Made by a program: the position numbers and the translations under genes | Part shown: piece after piece, positions 12,566-28,976 of the stretch | Layout: each line of letters begins with the position of its first letter | Numbering within the stretch: position 1 is the stretch's first letter | Origin: the human T2T-CHM13v2.0 reference genome, Homo sapiens | DNA: 64,000 bases | Reading direction: 5' to 3' (one strand) | NCBI RefSeq assembly: GCF_009914755.1 | Contig: NC_060925.1 | Notes under the pieces: model-generated | What the model was told of the DNA's origin: nothing | Databases searched by the model: none | What the model saw: only the letters and a program-made list of their open reading frames with translations

Positions 12566-13583
12566 ATGGGGAAAAAACAGAACAGAAAAACTGGAAACTC
12601 TAAAAAGCAGAGCGCCTCTCCTCCTCCAAAGGAACGCAGTTCCTCTCCAGCAACGGAACAAAGCTGGACGGAGAATGACTTTGACGAGCTGAGAGAAGAA
12701 GGCTTCAGATGATCAAATTACTCTGAGCTACGGGAGGACATTCAAACCAAAGGCAAAGAAGTTGAAAACTTTGAAAAAAAAATTAGAAGAATGTATAACT
12801 AGAATAACCAATACAGAGAAGTGCTTAAAGGAGCTGATGGAGCTGAAAACCAAGGCTCGAGAACTACGTGAAGAATGCAGAAGCCTCAGGAGCCCATGCA
12901 ATCAACTGGAAGAAAGGGTATCAGCGATGGAAGATGAAATGAATGAAATGAAGCGAGAAGGGAAGTTTAGAGATAAAAGAATAAAAAGAAATGAGCAAAG
13001 CCTCCAAGAAATATGGGACTTTGTGAAAAGACCAAATCTACGTCTGATTGGTGTACCTGAAAGTGATGGGGAGAATGGAACCAAGTTGGAAAACACTCTG
13101 CAGGATATTATCCAGGAGAACTTCCCCAATCTAGCAAGGCAGGCCAACATTCAGATTCAGGAAATACAGAGAACGCCACAAAGATACTCCTCGAGAAGAG
13201 CAACTCCAAGACACATAATTGTCAGATTCACCAAAGTTGAAATGAAGGAAAAAATGTTAAGGGCAGCCAGAGAGAAAGGTCGGGTTACCCTCAAAGGGAA
13301 GCCCATCAGACTAACAGCGGATCTCTCGGCAGAAACCCTATAAGCCAGAAGAGAGTGGGGGCCAATATTCAACATTCTTAAAGAGAAGAATTTTCAACCC
13401 AGAATTTCATATCCAGCCAAACTAAGCTTCATAAGTGAAGGAGAAATAAAATCCTTTACAGACAAGCAAATGCTGAGAGATTTTGTCACCACCAGGCCTG
13501 CCCTAAAAGAGCTCCTGAAGGAAGCACTAAACATGGAAAGGAACAACCGGTACCAGCCGCTGCAAAATCATGCCAAAATGTAA
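12566..13583 (+). pseudogene. L1 ORF1p, disrupted
   Basis: ATG 12566; TGA at codon 49 (12710-12712); +1 frameshift in the A run near 12774-12782; TAA at 13341-13343; native stop ends 13583. Confidence 0.93.
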
Positions 13584-13645
13584 AGACCATCGAGATAGGA
13601 AGAAACTGCATCAACTAACAAGCAAAATCACCAGCTAACATCATA

Positions 13646-17469
<3,824 letters not shown>

Positions 17470-17926
17470 ACAATGAGATCACATGGACACAGGAAGGGGA
17501 ACATCACACTCTGGGGACCGTTGTGGGGTGGGGGGAGTGGGGAGGGATAGCACTGGGAGATATACGTAATGCTAGATGACAAGTTAGTGGGTGCAGCGCA
17601 CCAGCATGGCACATGTATACATATGTAACTAACCTGTACAATGTGCACATGTACCCTAAAACTTAAAGTATAATAATAAAAGAAAAACAAAACTTAAAAA
17701 AAAATTACGTATCGTTTAAAGTACTTAACTCTTTACCCCAGAAACTTTTAAGTAAAATTCATACTTCACGAACATGTCTCAATATTGCAGCATTGTTTAT
17801 AATTTCAAAGAAATGGGGAAAGGCGAGTTATCTAACAATGGGGAATTGGCTAAATAAATTATGATACATTTACTTCTTGGAATACATGCAGTCATTAAAT
17901 ATAATGTTCTTGATGCACATTTAAGG

Positions 17927-18244
17927 TATATATAATATACATATTTGCAAACATTTTATGTTTTACACTTTAGAGCTGTCCTTAAAGAAATGTAACTGTT
18001 CTAAAAACAGAATCAAATGTTCTTGACAGAAGGACTTTTTTCCTGTAAGTTATTGATCTTCTTTAGTGTCAATATATACAGGAAACAACCACCCTCAATT
18101 GTAATAAGAGGATCTTGTGCAGGTATGACTGCAGGATTATCATCTATAGCAAAGCAGCATGTCACAGACACTTTTAAAAACCTAAAAACTTTATCTTCCT
18201 TCTTGCTTTGAAAAATCAACCAAGGAGTAATGCAGTGAACACCA
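17927..18244 (-). pseudogene. Possible 5'-truncated processed pseudogene fragment, parent unidentified
   Basis: About 320 bp interrupting an L1ME 3' UTR; minus strand reads open frame, TGA, short UTR-like stretch with CATAAA, then AT-rich tail. Confidence 0.35.
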
Positions 18245-18544
18245 AGATTTGAGGAAAAATGAACTCATGAACCATTATATGAAAAAAAAATCATGTTACA
18301 GTTTACATAATGAGATCTCAATTTTATTAAAAAAACAAAACCTATATCCCTGTGTATGAAGATATATGCATATGAAAAAACTGTCTGACAAGAAATTCCT
18401 GTGTGTATTCCACAGCGTACCCAACTGTTGATGACGTCTCTGTTATTGGGAACTTACAGTGGATGGGAAGACCAGAAAAATATATATGAAAAGCCAGACC
18501 ATGACCTAGGGAGGAGTTAAACAGAGGACAGGAGTACTGGTATT

Positions 18545-18795
18545 TGGTGGTTAGGCACACTGCTCTCAATGCCTAACAGTCCTGGGTTCAAATCCAGATA
18601 CTGTCCCTTGCCAGATGAAACCTTGGGCAGGTTACTTCTTTCAGCCTAAATTTCTTCATCTGTAAGTATCAGTTGAGCACAAATATATTAATATTGTAAA
18701 GTGCTTAGTAAAGTGCTTCAGATCAGCTGGCTACAAATTTGGGGTCCTTGACAAACGGGGGTTTTATAGCAAGAGCTCAGTAAATGGTATTTTTT
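18545..18795 (+). mobile_element. MIR with a 49-bp foreign insert
   Basis: CCTGGGTTCAAATCC, CCTTGGGCAGGTTACTT, CTTCATCTGTAA, GTAAAGTGCTTAG, GCTCAGTAAATG. Confidence 0.85.
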
Positions 18796-19070
18796 AAATA
18801 AAAAATCTACTTCATTGAGTTATTGAGGGGTACACACAATAAAATGTACTGGGCCCTACAAATTATGTAGCTGTAGTTGCTTCTACCATCGCCATAGGTT
18901 AGATTTGACTTTTCTATAGTTTCTATAAATAGGATCATAAGTATGTACTTCTTTCACTTGGTCTAATAGTTTTGAGATTCACCTAGGTTGTTGCATTTAC
19001 CAACATCAGCTTTATTCCTGATAGCCAAAACCTGGCAACACTCCAAATGTCCATCGGCAGGTGAATGGCG

Positions 19071-19716
19071 CGTAGTGCAGAATTAACCAAACAGAGGTCT
19101 GGTCTTTGTCTTGGGCCACTGGCAGGTGATCTCTAGACCCCTGAAGTCTCCTGCAATAGGAGTGTCATCGTTTGCCTGGGGGCTTTGGCCAGCAACAGCC
19201 TAATGATGTGATTTATGATGGGCCTTTGGAACACACAGTATTTGCTCTGGCCTCTGGGAGGAGCTGGAGACTAAAGGCCAGGTGCTTGGGCAGTGTGTGA
19301 TTGAGCCCCATTAAAAGCTCTGGACACCAAATCTCGGTTGAACTTCCAAGATCCACAGTACTCTGTGCACATTGCCACATATCGATGATGGGAAGGCAAC
19401 ATGTTCTTGGGGGCGTGGAAGCTTCATATTTGAAACTCTCCCAGATTCTGCCCTATGCAGTAGAAGCTTTGGCTATTTCTAATTTGTATTCTTTCACTGT
19501 CATAAAACTGTAATTTTAAGTATAGGGCTTTCCCAAGTTCTGTTACTTGTTCTAGCAAATTGTCAAGCCTGAGAGTGGTTGTGGAGACCTCTGAATTTGT
19601 AGCCAGCTGATCTGAAGTGAGGGTAACCCTGGGGACCCCCACACTTGGCATCTGAGGAGAGGGCAGTCTTATGGGGACTGTTCACCCAGACTTAGCAGTT
19701 TGGCAAGCTCATTGCA
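19071..19716 (+). mobile_element. MER21-family solo LTR inside an L1M fragment
   Basis: GTAGTGCAGAATT...GAGGTCTGG start, GAATTTGTAGCCAGCTGATCTGAAGTGAGGG; AATGGC on both flanks. Confidence 0.8.
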
Positions 19717-20364
19717 AATGGCTGAGAAAATTTTTGTTTATCCATGGAATACAATGTAGTATTACTTAGAGATTGAGAAAAGAGGAACAGGCTACTGATG
19801 CGTATGAGACAGAGACGAATCTCAAAAAGCATTGTGCTGAGGGAGTGTGATTTTTAATGCAGGAACTCAGCAACATGTGACAAGGGACCCCATGCACTTA
19901 TTGCACAAGAAATGCTGTTTTCACAGGAAATTGGAATCACCATGGCCTGCAAAGCAGAAGAGTGTCAGAGGCAAGTTAAACTTGCTCAGGGCCTGAGAGA
20001 TAGAGATGGGGAGTTGAAGGGGGCGCCTTCTTCTTAGGCAGACAGAAGTTACCTTGGGAAGACAAGCCTGGCAGGAGCATGAGCATTGAGGAGTTACGGA
20101 AGGTATGGCTGGAAATGTGGAACATTGGAAGCTAGTGGAAATTTGGATTTACCCTGTAGGACATGTGGAAGCCCCAGAGTTTTCAGAGCTGGAAGGGGGT
20201 TTCCCTGTGACAAAAATAGGTTTGGATGAATTTGTTTTATATCATTGTAACAGGCTGAAAAAAATTTGAGACAAAATATGCTTTTCTCTAATGGAGAATA
20301 ATTGGGATGGTTAGAAAAAAGGATATTAGCTCTGGATATAGGAATAAACAATAAAACAATAAAG

Positions 20365-20600
20365 TGTTTTTCAAACTTTTCTAGACAGTGACCCAATCAA
20401 AAAGTACATTTTATATCAATACGCAGTACACATGCACATAAACACATACATACATGTGAAACAAATTTCATGAAACAATATTTCCTTTTCTTATGGGCAG
20501 TGCATCTGAAATGTTCTATTTCATTCTGCTGCGTTCTATTCTATTATGTTCTATTCTATTTCTTTTTTAAACAATGCTAGTCATAGGTGACTAAACATAT
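20365..20600. mobile_element. hAT-Charlie fragment (Charlie4-like)
   Basis: GTGTTTTTCAAACTTTT...GACCCA...TACATTTTATATC motif. Confidence 0.5.
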
Positions 20601-20777
20601 TCCGTCCTAATATGGCCACCCCTCCAGAAGACCGGGACACTCCCAGTTCTGCAGAGGCATGGCCATGGGTGTGGCAGAGAGCATGGGATGGGAGTGGGAG
20701 AGCAGGTGTGGGGACTGGCTCTGTCTTTCAGGTTACGTGGCTTCAGGCATAGCTCATCATCTCTGACCTCTGACCCC

Positions 20778-21143
20778 TGCTATAGGCCAAATACCTGTGT
20801 TCTTCTCCAAATTAATATGTTGACACCTAATCCCCAGGGTGATGGTGTTAGGAGGTAGGGCCTTTGGGAAGTGATTAGGCTATAAGGGTGGAGCCCTCAT
20901 GAATGGGATTCATGCCTTTATAAAAGAGGCCCCAGAAAACAGCCTCCCTGCTTCCTCCATGGGAGGACAGAGTGAGAAAACACCATCGATGAATCAGGAG
21001 GTGGACCCTCACTAGATACCAAACCTGTTGGCACCTTGATCTTGGACTTCCCCGCTTCCAGAACTGTGAGCAGTAAGTGTCTGTTGTTTACGAGGCATCC
21101 AGTTTATGGTAGTTAGTGACAGCATCTCAAAAGAACTAGGACA
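20778..21143 (+). mobile_element. MLT1A solo LTR
   Basis: TG...CA ends; 5-bp TSD ACCCC at 20773-20777 and 21144-21148. Confidence 0.92.
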
Positions 21144-21379
21144 ACCCCTTTGCCCACTCCTTGGAGGGGCTGACAAACTTGCTCAGACTTAGAGCGGCTT
21201 GGTGCCTTTGGGGATAAGATCATGTATTTGAAAAGATCTTGGGAATGGCTATGTGCTACTTAAGGGAAAGAGGCTGTGTCCTTGTTTTTGCTCATCTCCC
21301 TGCACGTCTGGCACCCACTGCAGGTGATGCTTATCACAAAGTAGGCAAGTTGATGTCACCATATAAATAATTTTAAAAG

Positions 21380-21570
21380 TTCTGAGCATGCATTCTGGTG
21401 GTGTTATATGTTTAGGTGCATGGTCTTTAAACCTCACTAAAATATTCTTAGCTGGAAATTATTATCTTTATTGTATGGGTGAGGAAACAGAAGCTCAGAG
21501 AGGGGGGCTACTTGCCTGTGGTCACAAGAGTGAGACAGATTTCAGAGCCCAATCTGTCTGCTTTTTATCC
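21380..21570 (-). mobile_element. MIR fragment
   Basis: TGAGGAAACAGAAGCTCAGAGAGG core. Confidence 0.7.
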
Positions 21571-21764
21571 CAGCTCCCCTGCCCACACCTGCCTCCACTG
21601 TGTAGCCCCTCAGGGTCCAAAGGCCAGGCTCAGGATATTTAGGGGTGAGTTTTAGTACAGGTGTCCTTGTGGTGCTCTCACTCTGGGTCCTGGTGGCCCC
21701 ACAACATTCTAAATCTTTTATATGTGAAGGTCTTACTCTGGCATTGGAAGCTTGCTTTCCAAAA

Positions 21765-21975
21765 TTATAATAATGACAATCACTAACATTTAGGGAGCAC
21801 CCCAGATCCCCACTGAGGCTTTATACATGCATTGCCTCAACCCCTTGAGGCAGGTACTGTCATCATGCCCGCAGTGCAAGAGGTGAGAGAACTCACCCAA
21901 GGTCACAGTGAACAAACAGCCCAGCTGGAACTTGAGCTTGGCTTGTCCCTAAACCCGCCAGTGCTGTCAACCACT
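21765..21975 (-). mobile_element. MIR fragment
   Basis: CTAACATTTAGGGAGCAC...CCCAAGGTCACAG. Confidence 0.7.
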
Positions 21976-23420
21976 GTATTCTGGGAATTTGAGGAACAAG
22001 GAATGAGGAAGTGGCAGACAGAAAACGGTGCTCGAGTCTGGGGACATTCTGAACACTTTCAGGGAGGCCCAATAAGAAAAGAGAAATGCAGACAAATGAA
22101 ATAAAGCAGAGGCTGGGAAGCCAACGCCCACAACACGACCAAGACCCCAAGTTCCCAAAGAAAGTGCTTTATTATTTTCAAAATAGCAATGTGTAAAAAC
22201 GGCTTTTGCAGAAAAGAAGACAAAAAGGCTAACCTTTACTGCACCCCCAATAATGCCAATTCCCCAGCCCTAGCCCAGCAGAACCGTGGGAAAGCAGCCT
22301 TTGCTGTATGTATGTAGGCTTTCACTCAGGACAGGTAGATTTTTCATAATGACTTTGCTTTTAATCTAGGGAAGAGTGTAAAATTGCACAGCAAGTCTTG
22401 GGGACTCTGACAGCCCAGTGGACCAGGAAGGAATCTCCATCCATCTCTGGGAGTCTCTGGGGTCACAGGGAGCCTGTAAGCCAAGGGGAGGCTGGGGAGG
22501 AGGGAGAGCGGCTGGAGAGATTTATACATAGTGCTGTCCTCCCCCTGCCTTGGAATTACAGCACCATGAGAAGCTGTGAGATTAAATGAAGAGCAGGGCC
22601 CTGGAGAAGCTAAAGCATCAGTGGGAACAGGGGGTGCAGCAGGTGATAAGCGGGAGATGCAGGTTAATTATGATGCTGGCACACAGGTAGCCCCGGGAGG
22701 AAAGCAGAAGCCCTGGGGCGGGTGCATGTGTGTGTGAGTGTGTGTGTGAGTGTGTGCATGGTGGGGGAGGGGAGGGGGAGAGAGAGAGATCCATGATATC
22801 CATTTGTGTTTTGGCCCCATTCTTTTTTTTTAAAAAACCTAATCAAATCGATTCTCCTCTCCTACATAGAGGTTTGCATGCCCCACCCCCCACTCTCCTT
22901 GCCAATTCATCAATATCCTCATCCTCAGAATTTATCTAAACTACTTTATAGGAAAGATTCTTTTACCTTTAACCCCCTGCACCCCACTGGCCAGGTATGG
23001 AAGGATGATTAGACAGCCTGATCCGAAAGAAGGGGCACCAGCAATGACTAGACTAACTCTTCTGGGGAGAGGAAAGTCTCTGAGCTCTGCAGAGCGGAGG
23101 AGCCCCTCTCTGATCTGCCTCAGTAAGTCAAGCAGATACGATGCAAATCCACGCCTTCTGAGTTCTGGCTGTGAGAGAGGAGACAACTCCAGGCATTGTC
23201 TGGGGTAAGGAGCCCTCTTTGAGGGAGGGGTGCTTTTCTTTCAATGAGTTTAAGCATTTCCTTCACTAGCTTGACTCTGTAGCTGGTTCTTCGATCCAGT
23301 CTCCTCAGAGGTCCCCTTCTCTGCTGAAGCATCTCAGATCTTCCTGCTCCTTCTGCCTTCGGCCCCTCTGTGGCTCAGGCTGACCATAGGAACTAATATG
23401 CATGTTTGTCAGGCCCTTTC

Positions 23421-23749
23421 TATTTTTTAATTTTTTTCTCTTACTTATAAATTACCTCAAATGGGTTTTCTATCAAACATCATTTTTGTTATTTTTGGCT
23501 TCTGTGTCTCAATTTCTTTCTTTCTTTCTTTCTTTCCTTTCTTCCTTCCTTCCTTCCTTCCTTCCTTCCTTCCTTCCTTCCTTCCTTCCTTCCTTCCTTC
23601 CTTCCTTCCTTCCTTTCTTTCTTTCTTTTTTTTAAAGATGTGGTTTCGCCATGTGGCCCAGGCTGTCTCCAACTCCTGGGGTCCAGTGATCTTCCCACCT
23701 CAGCCTCCTAAAGTGCTGGGGTTGCAGGCGTGAGCCACTGTGCCCAGCC
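23421..23749 (-). mobile_element. Alu left monomer (FLAM-like) with (TTCC)n tail and an extra 3' segment
   Basis: Monomer at about 23633-23749; TSD TTTGTCAGGCCCT(T/C)TC at 23405-23420 and 23750-23765. Confidence 0.85.
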
Positions 23750-26700
23750 TTTGTCAGGCCCTCTCAAGTCGATGTAGCATTTATTGAGCCCAGTACTGTG
23801 TTAGATACCAGGGAATGTCTAAGTCTGAGATACCATCCCTGTTTTCAAGAAACTTGGAGTCTGGTTGGTGACACAAGAATGACCATGAGGCAAAGAGAGA
23901 CATATATGTAATAAGGTCCCTGAATGGGAGCAAGTCTGTGTGAGATCACTGTATTCAGAGCACATGTGGCCCAAGGACCTTTATTACCAAATAAATCCAC
24001 GATCAACCCCAGCCTCCCACTGCACACTTTTCTTACTCCAATCCCTTGGTAGCTAAGCTGTGTGACCACAGTGGGATGAAGTAAAGACCAGCAATCTGGG
24101 TGGATTTTCCCAAAAGCTTGCCATGTGACCTTGATAAATGGCATCACATGAGTGAAAGTCACAAAATAAACCAGTGGGTCTTGTCCAGTGTCCACTGCAG
24201 CCACATGGGGAGGACACAGCCTGGTCCAGGACCTTTCCATCAATTTAATTCCAATAGAATCCAGCCTCTTTCTTTGTATGATTTTGAAGGTAGAGTTGGT
24301 TTTGTCTTCTTGCTTACTGCCTCCTTTCGCTTGTTTAAATATTTACCTTACATTTTCCCTACTCTGACTAGGGGAGACATTTTGCTAACTTAAAATAGTT
24401 GAGCGACATTGTCCTCCACAGTCCCTTCTGGAGATGTGAATTTCCTTCAAACCTCTGAGATTGGGGTTTAAGCCATCTCTTCTGGAATTCTCTCATGGGG
24501 AGATAATTGAGTTCAACCGTTCCTTCATACCAGGACCAGGTACCAGTTGTTAAAGAATTATGGAAAGCTATTCCAGAGAACATGTTGCCCACTTTTAGAT
24601 ATCTGCCTGAGCTCCACAGATTCAGCCAGAGTCCATTTATACAATGCTAAATGAGAGTTTCCCACATACAGGGAACTCTAACATCTCCAGATAAATAGCT
24701 CTGCAAGGAGAAAATGCAAATTATGACTTAAAGTCAGCCTCTACTTTTGTGCAGTGCATACCAATGTGGCTTTACCCTTTAGCTAGAGCAATGGAGCTAC
24801 TACTTCTTTTATGCAGATAGATGCCCTGCATGAGTTTGTTTCCTGAGACTGTTGGAAAAATAAATAGACTATTAGCTACTTGGTTTCCTCTTTAGAAACC
24901 CAGCAGGCACAACAGGGAGAGACATTAGTCTTTAAGCACCAGTTCTACGAAACAACCACACCATAGAGCACTTGGAGCGGAACTGAAAAAGGTTAAAACA
25001 AGTCCAGAGAAAGGGTGTGGGCAGTCAGATAGTTTAGCAGACGCTAAGCTTGTGCCAGGGACTTTTATAATCAAGGCTTTTGCAATAGTGATTTTGTAAC
25101 AAGTAAAGAATCCACACACATGAGGAGGAAGTGTAAGAAATCAATTAAAACTTCAGAGAATGAAACGTGGAAGGCATAAAGCACCACACACTAAGAGACA
25201 AGGGGAAGAATTAGTCACAGAAATAATCATGAGGAAAGTGCAATTGTGGGATCATACAAGCTGAGGATGCCTAGAGGGATCCCTGGATGTCTGTGAGCTG
25301 TAAGGCTCAAGTGGATTCCTGCAGTGCTCAGCAAGCCTCGCCAGGCCCCATGTGCACAGGTGTGGGGTGAGACCATGTGGGAGGTGAGACTGAATGAGGT
25401 GGAATGAAAGGATTGATGGGTTTTAAATAGTTGCCAAATTATTCTGCTACATCCAATAGACTCTTCCTCAGTCTTAGAAGAAAACAAGGGGGAAGGCCAG
25501 AAAAGGGAGCACAGCAAATCTAACAGTGTGGGGCAGAGGGAGGGAGAGAAAAATGGCACATAATGGGGAGTGCAAAGGAGAAGGCAAAGGGAGAATGAAC
25601 ATTAGGACCTGATAACTGATACTAACATAAATGCAGTGTGTGTATGGGTGTGTGTGTATATACATGTTTCCAGAATGATGGGATAGATGTACTGTTCCCC
25701 TTTCCCCATGCTAAAGACAACTAGAAACTCTGGGTTGGTTTATATAAATAAAAGTTAGAAGATTCTGAAAGGCAGAGAGAAGGAGGTGAACCAGCCGGGA
25801 ATCGTGGGACCTGAGGAATGACACAGTGATGAGCTTGCTGTTTCTTTTTGTTTTTGTTTTTGCTTTTTGTTTTTTTTTTTTGGCTCATATGTCCTGGGCC
25901 TGAAGCTGAAGAAGCCAGAAACAGGTGCAGAGAAGGAGAAAAAAAATCAACAAAAAGCTATTCTCTCTAGCTAAAGGATAAGGAAAGAGGCAGCCTAGCA
26001 AGGCAGAAGACTTTTAGACGATAACCATTATGCTCCAAACACTACAGTAAAAACTGTGGCCCCATCCCGATCCATGCTAGCAAAGACCTGGTGGGGATCA
26101 GAGACTTCCACCCTCATGAGGATATGATGGGGTACTTCAACAACCCCTGCCAGAGTGGTGTCTGAAAAGACCAAGTAGTGAGCCAGGGCTTTCATCTCCA
26201 GTAGCTGGTAACAAAGATTCTCCTACTGTGGTGTAAGTAGAGACCATATGGAAATCTGGAACCCTAACTTTCACTCAGTAGTAACAAGGAGTCCCCCAGC
26301 TTGGGTGTCAATAGATGATGATTGGAGAATCTTGACGTCTACCCCACGTGGCAGTATCAAGGCAGTGCCTTCCCTCTCCTCTTCCAGGGTGCTGACACAG
26401 AAAGCCAGCTAAAACAGAAGGCTTAAGGAAAATTCAGTCGCATAACATAATACAAAAACATCCAGGTTTCAATAAAAAATCAAGCGTCATGCCAAGAACC
26501 AGGAAGATCTCAAACTGAATGAAAAAAGACATTCAAAAGAGGCCAGCACCGAGATGACAGAGATGTTAGGATTATCTGATGAAGATTTTAATGCAGGCAC
26601 AATAAAAACACTTTAGTCAACAATTAGGAACACATTTTAAACAAATGAAAACATCGAAAGCCTCAGCAAAGAAATAGTAGATATAGAGAAGAAACAAATA

Positions 26701-27714
26701 AAATTTTTAGAACTGAAAAATACCATAACTAAAAAAAAAGAAAAAAAACCCACAACAAAAATACCACAGAACTCAGTGGATGGTCTAGCAGAATGGAGAG
26801 GACAGGGGAAAGTGAACTGGAAGATCAGACATGAGAAATTATACAATCTGAATAGCAGAGAGAAAACAGACTGAGAAAAAAAAAAAGAACAGAACCTCAA
26901 ACACCTAAATTTATGTCACAGGAGTACCAGAAAGAGGATGAGACTGAAAATGTCGTCAAAAAATCATTAAACTTTCCACATCTGGAGTGCAACATAAACC
27001 TATAGATTCAATAAGCTGAGAAAATCCCAAACAAGATAAAACCAAAAAAATTTACACCTAGTAGCATTATAATTCACTTTCAGAAAACTAACAATAAAGA
27101 AAAAGCCTTGAAAGCAGCCTGTGAAGACAGCTACTTTACCTATAGGGGAGGAAAAATTCAAATGACAGCAGATTCCTCCTAAAAAACCACAGAAGCCAGA
27201 AAGAAACAGGACAATATTTTTAAAGTGCTGGAAGAAAACAATTGTCAGTTCAGAATTCTATACCCAGATAAAATATTATTTAGGATTGAAGGGGAAATGA
27301 AGACATTCTCAGATGAAGAAAAACTAGGAGAATTTGTTACTGGCAGATCTAGCCTAAAAGAACAACAGAAGGAAATTTTGATTTTGACTTGAAATCAGTT
27401 TATAAAAATGGTAATTAACATGACATTGAAACATTCCTTTTTTTGGTGACATCAGAACAATGTCTATTAATTTTAATCGGCTCTGAATCATGCCCAGATT
27501 TGATCCAGTTGTGCCACTGTGTCATCAGGTCCTTAGTCATAGGAAATGCATCTTCTTCATCTACGATCTCATCCTTTATTAGTGAATATGACTATTCACT
27601 TTCTGTTATGCAAAATTTTAAACATAACCAGAAGTACAGAGAACGCTCTAATCAGCCCTCATGTACCCATCACACAACTTGTATACGCAGCAACATACGA
27701 CCAATCGCAATTTA

Positions 27715-28078
27715 TTAGGTTGGTGCAAAAGTAATTGCGGTTTTTGACTGTGTATTTTAAATCTTTATAACTAGGCTCAAACACATCTTTATTAATCAAA
27801 ATAGAAACCATTTCAATCAACACATTTTTGCCAACAAGAATTAAGTTTGTTTCTTCCTGTAGCGTAAAGATCTGTTCTTCGGGATTCAACAAACTCTTGG
27901 AAAGCATTTTTTGCACCCTGCTGGTTGTGGAAGCATTTTCCCTGCAAAAACTTGTTGAGATGCTTGAAGAAGTAGCAGTCAGTTGGTGAGAGGTCAGGTG
28001 AATACTGCGGATGACGCAAAACTTCATAGCCCAATTCTTTCAACTTTTGAAGCATTGATTGTGCGACATGAGGTTGGG
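27715..28078 (-). mobile_element. HSMAR1 mariner 3' fragment (transposase C-terminus and one TIR)
   Basis: Translates LQKLKELGYEVLRHPQYSPDLSPTD...WQKCVD; TIR TTAGGTTTGGTGCAAAAGTAATTGCGGTTTT preceded by TA. Confidence 0.93.
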
Positions 28079-28119
28079 GACATCCAAAAACACTATAGAT
28101 AAACCAAAATGGAATTCTA

Positions 28120-28278
<159 letters not shown>

Positions 28279-28976
28279 TTATGTAACCCACAGAAAGGCA
28301 GGAAACGGAAAAAAGAAATGAGAAACAGAGAACAAACAGAAAACAAAAAATAAAATGGCAGATTTAAGCCCTAAGACATCAATAAGACATCAATAACTAC
28401 ATTAGATATTTAAGATTTAAACATACAATTAAAGACAGAGATTGGTACAGCGAATTAAAAAATATTACCTACTATCCAACTCTATGCTTCTATGAGAAAC
28501 TCATGTCAAATATAATAATACAGGCAAGTTGAAAGTAAAAGGATGGAAAAATGTATAATGCAAACATTAATTACAAGGAAGCAGGAGTGGTTATATAAAT
28601 TTCAGATAAAGTAAACTTTAGAGCAAAGAAAATTACCAGAGACAGAAGGACTATTTAATATCAATAGGGTTAACCCTCCAAGAAGACATAGCAATCCTAG
28701 ATGTATATGCGCCAAACATCAGACCTGCAAATATATAATATAAAAATGGAAAGAATTGAAAAGAAAAATAGATAAATCAACAATAATAGTTGGAGATGTA
28801 ACATACCTCTCTCAACCATTGACAGAACTATTAGACAGAAATCAACAGGACTATAGAAGAACTAACAATACTGCCAAGCAACAAGATTTAATGGACACGG
28901 TAGAACATTCCACCCTACAACAACAGAGTACACATTCTTTTCAAGATAGGCCATAAAATAAACCTCAGCAAATTAA

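Noticed and set aside
27415-27580. About 55 open codons on the minus strand (DEIVDEEDAFPMTK...)
   Set aside because: Chance-level length, weak splice context, no recognised homology.
27813-28055. SETMAR exon
   Set aside because: Only a truncated transposase C-terminus with a premature stop, lying inside an L1; an ordinary HSMAR1 relic.
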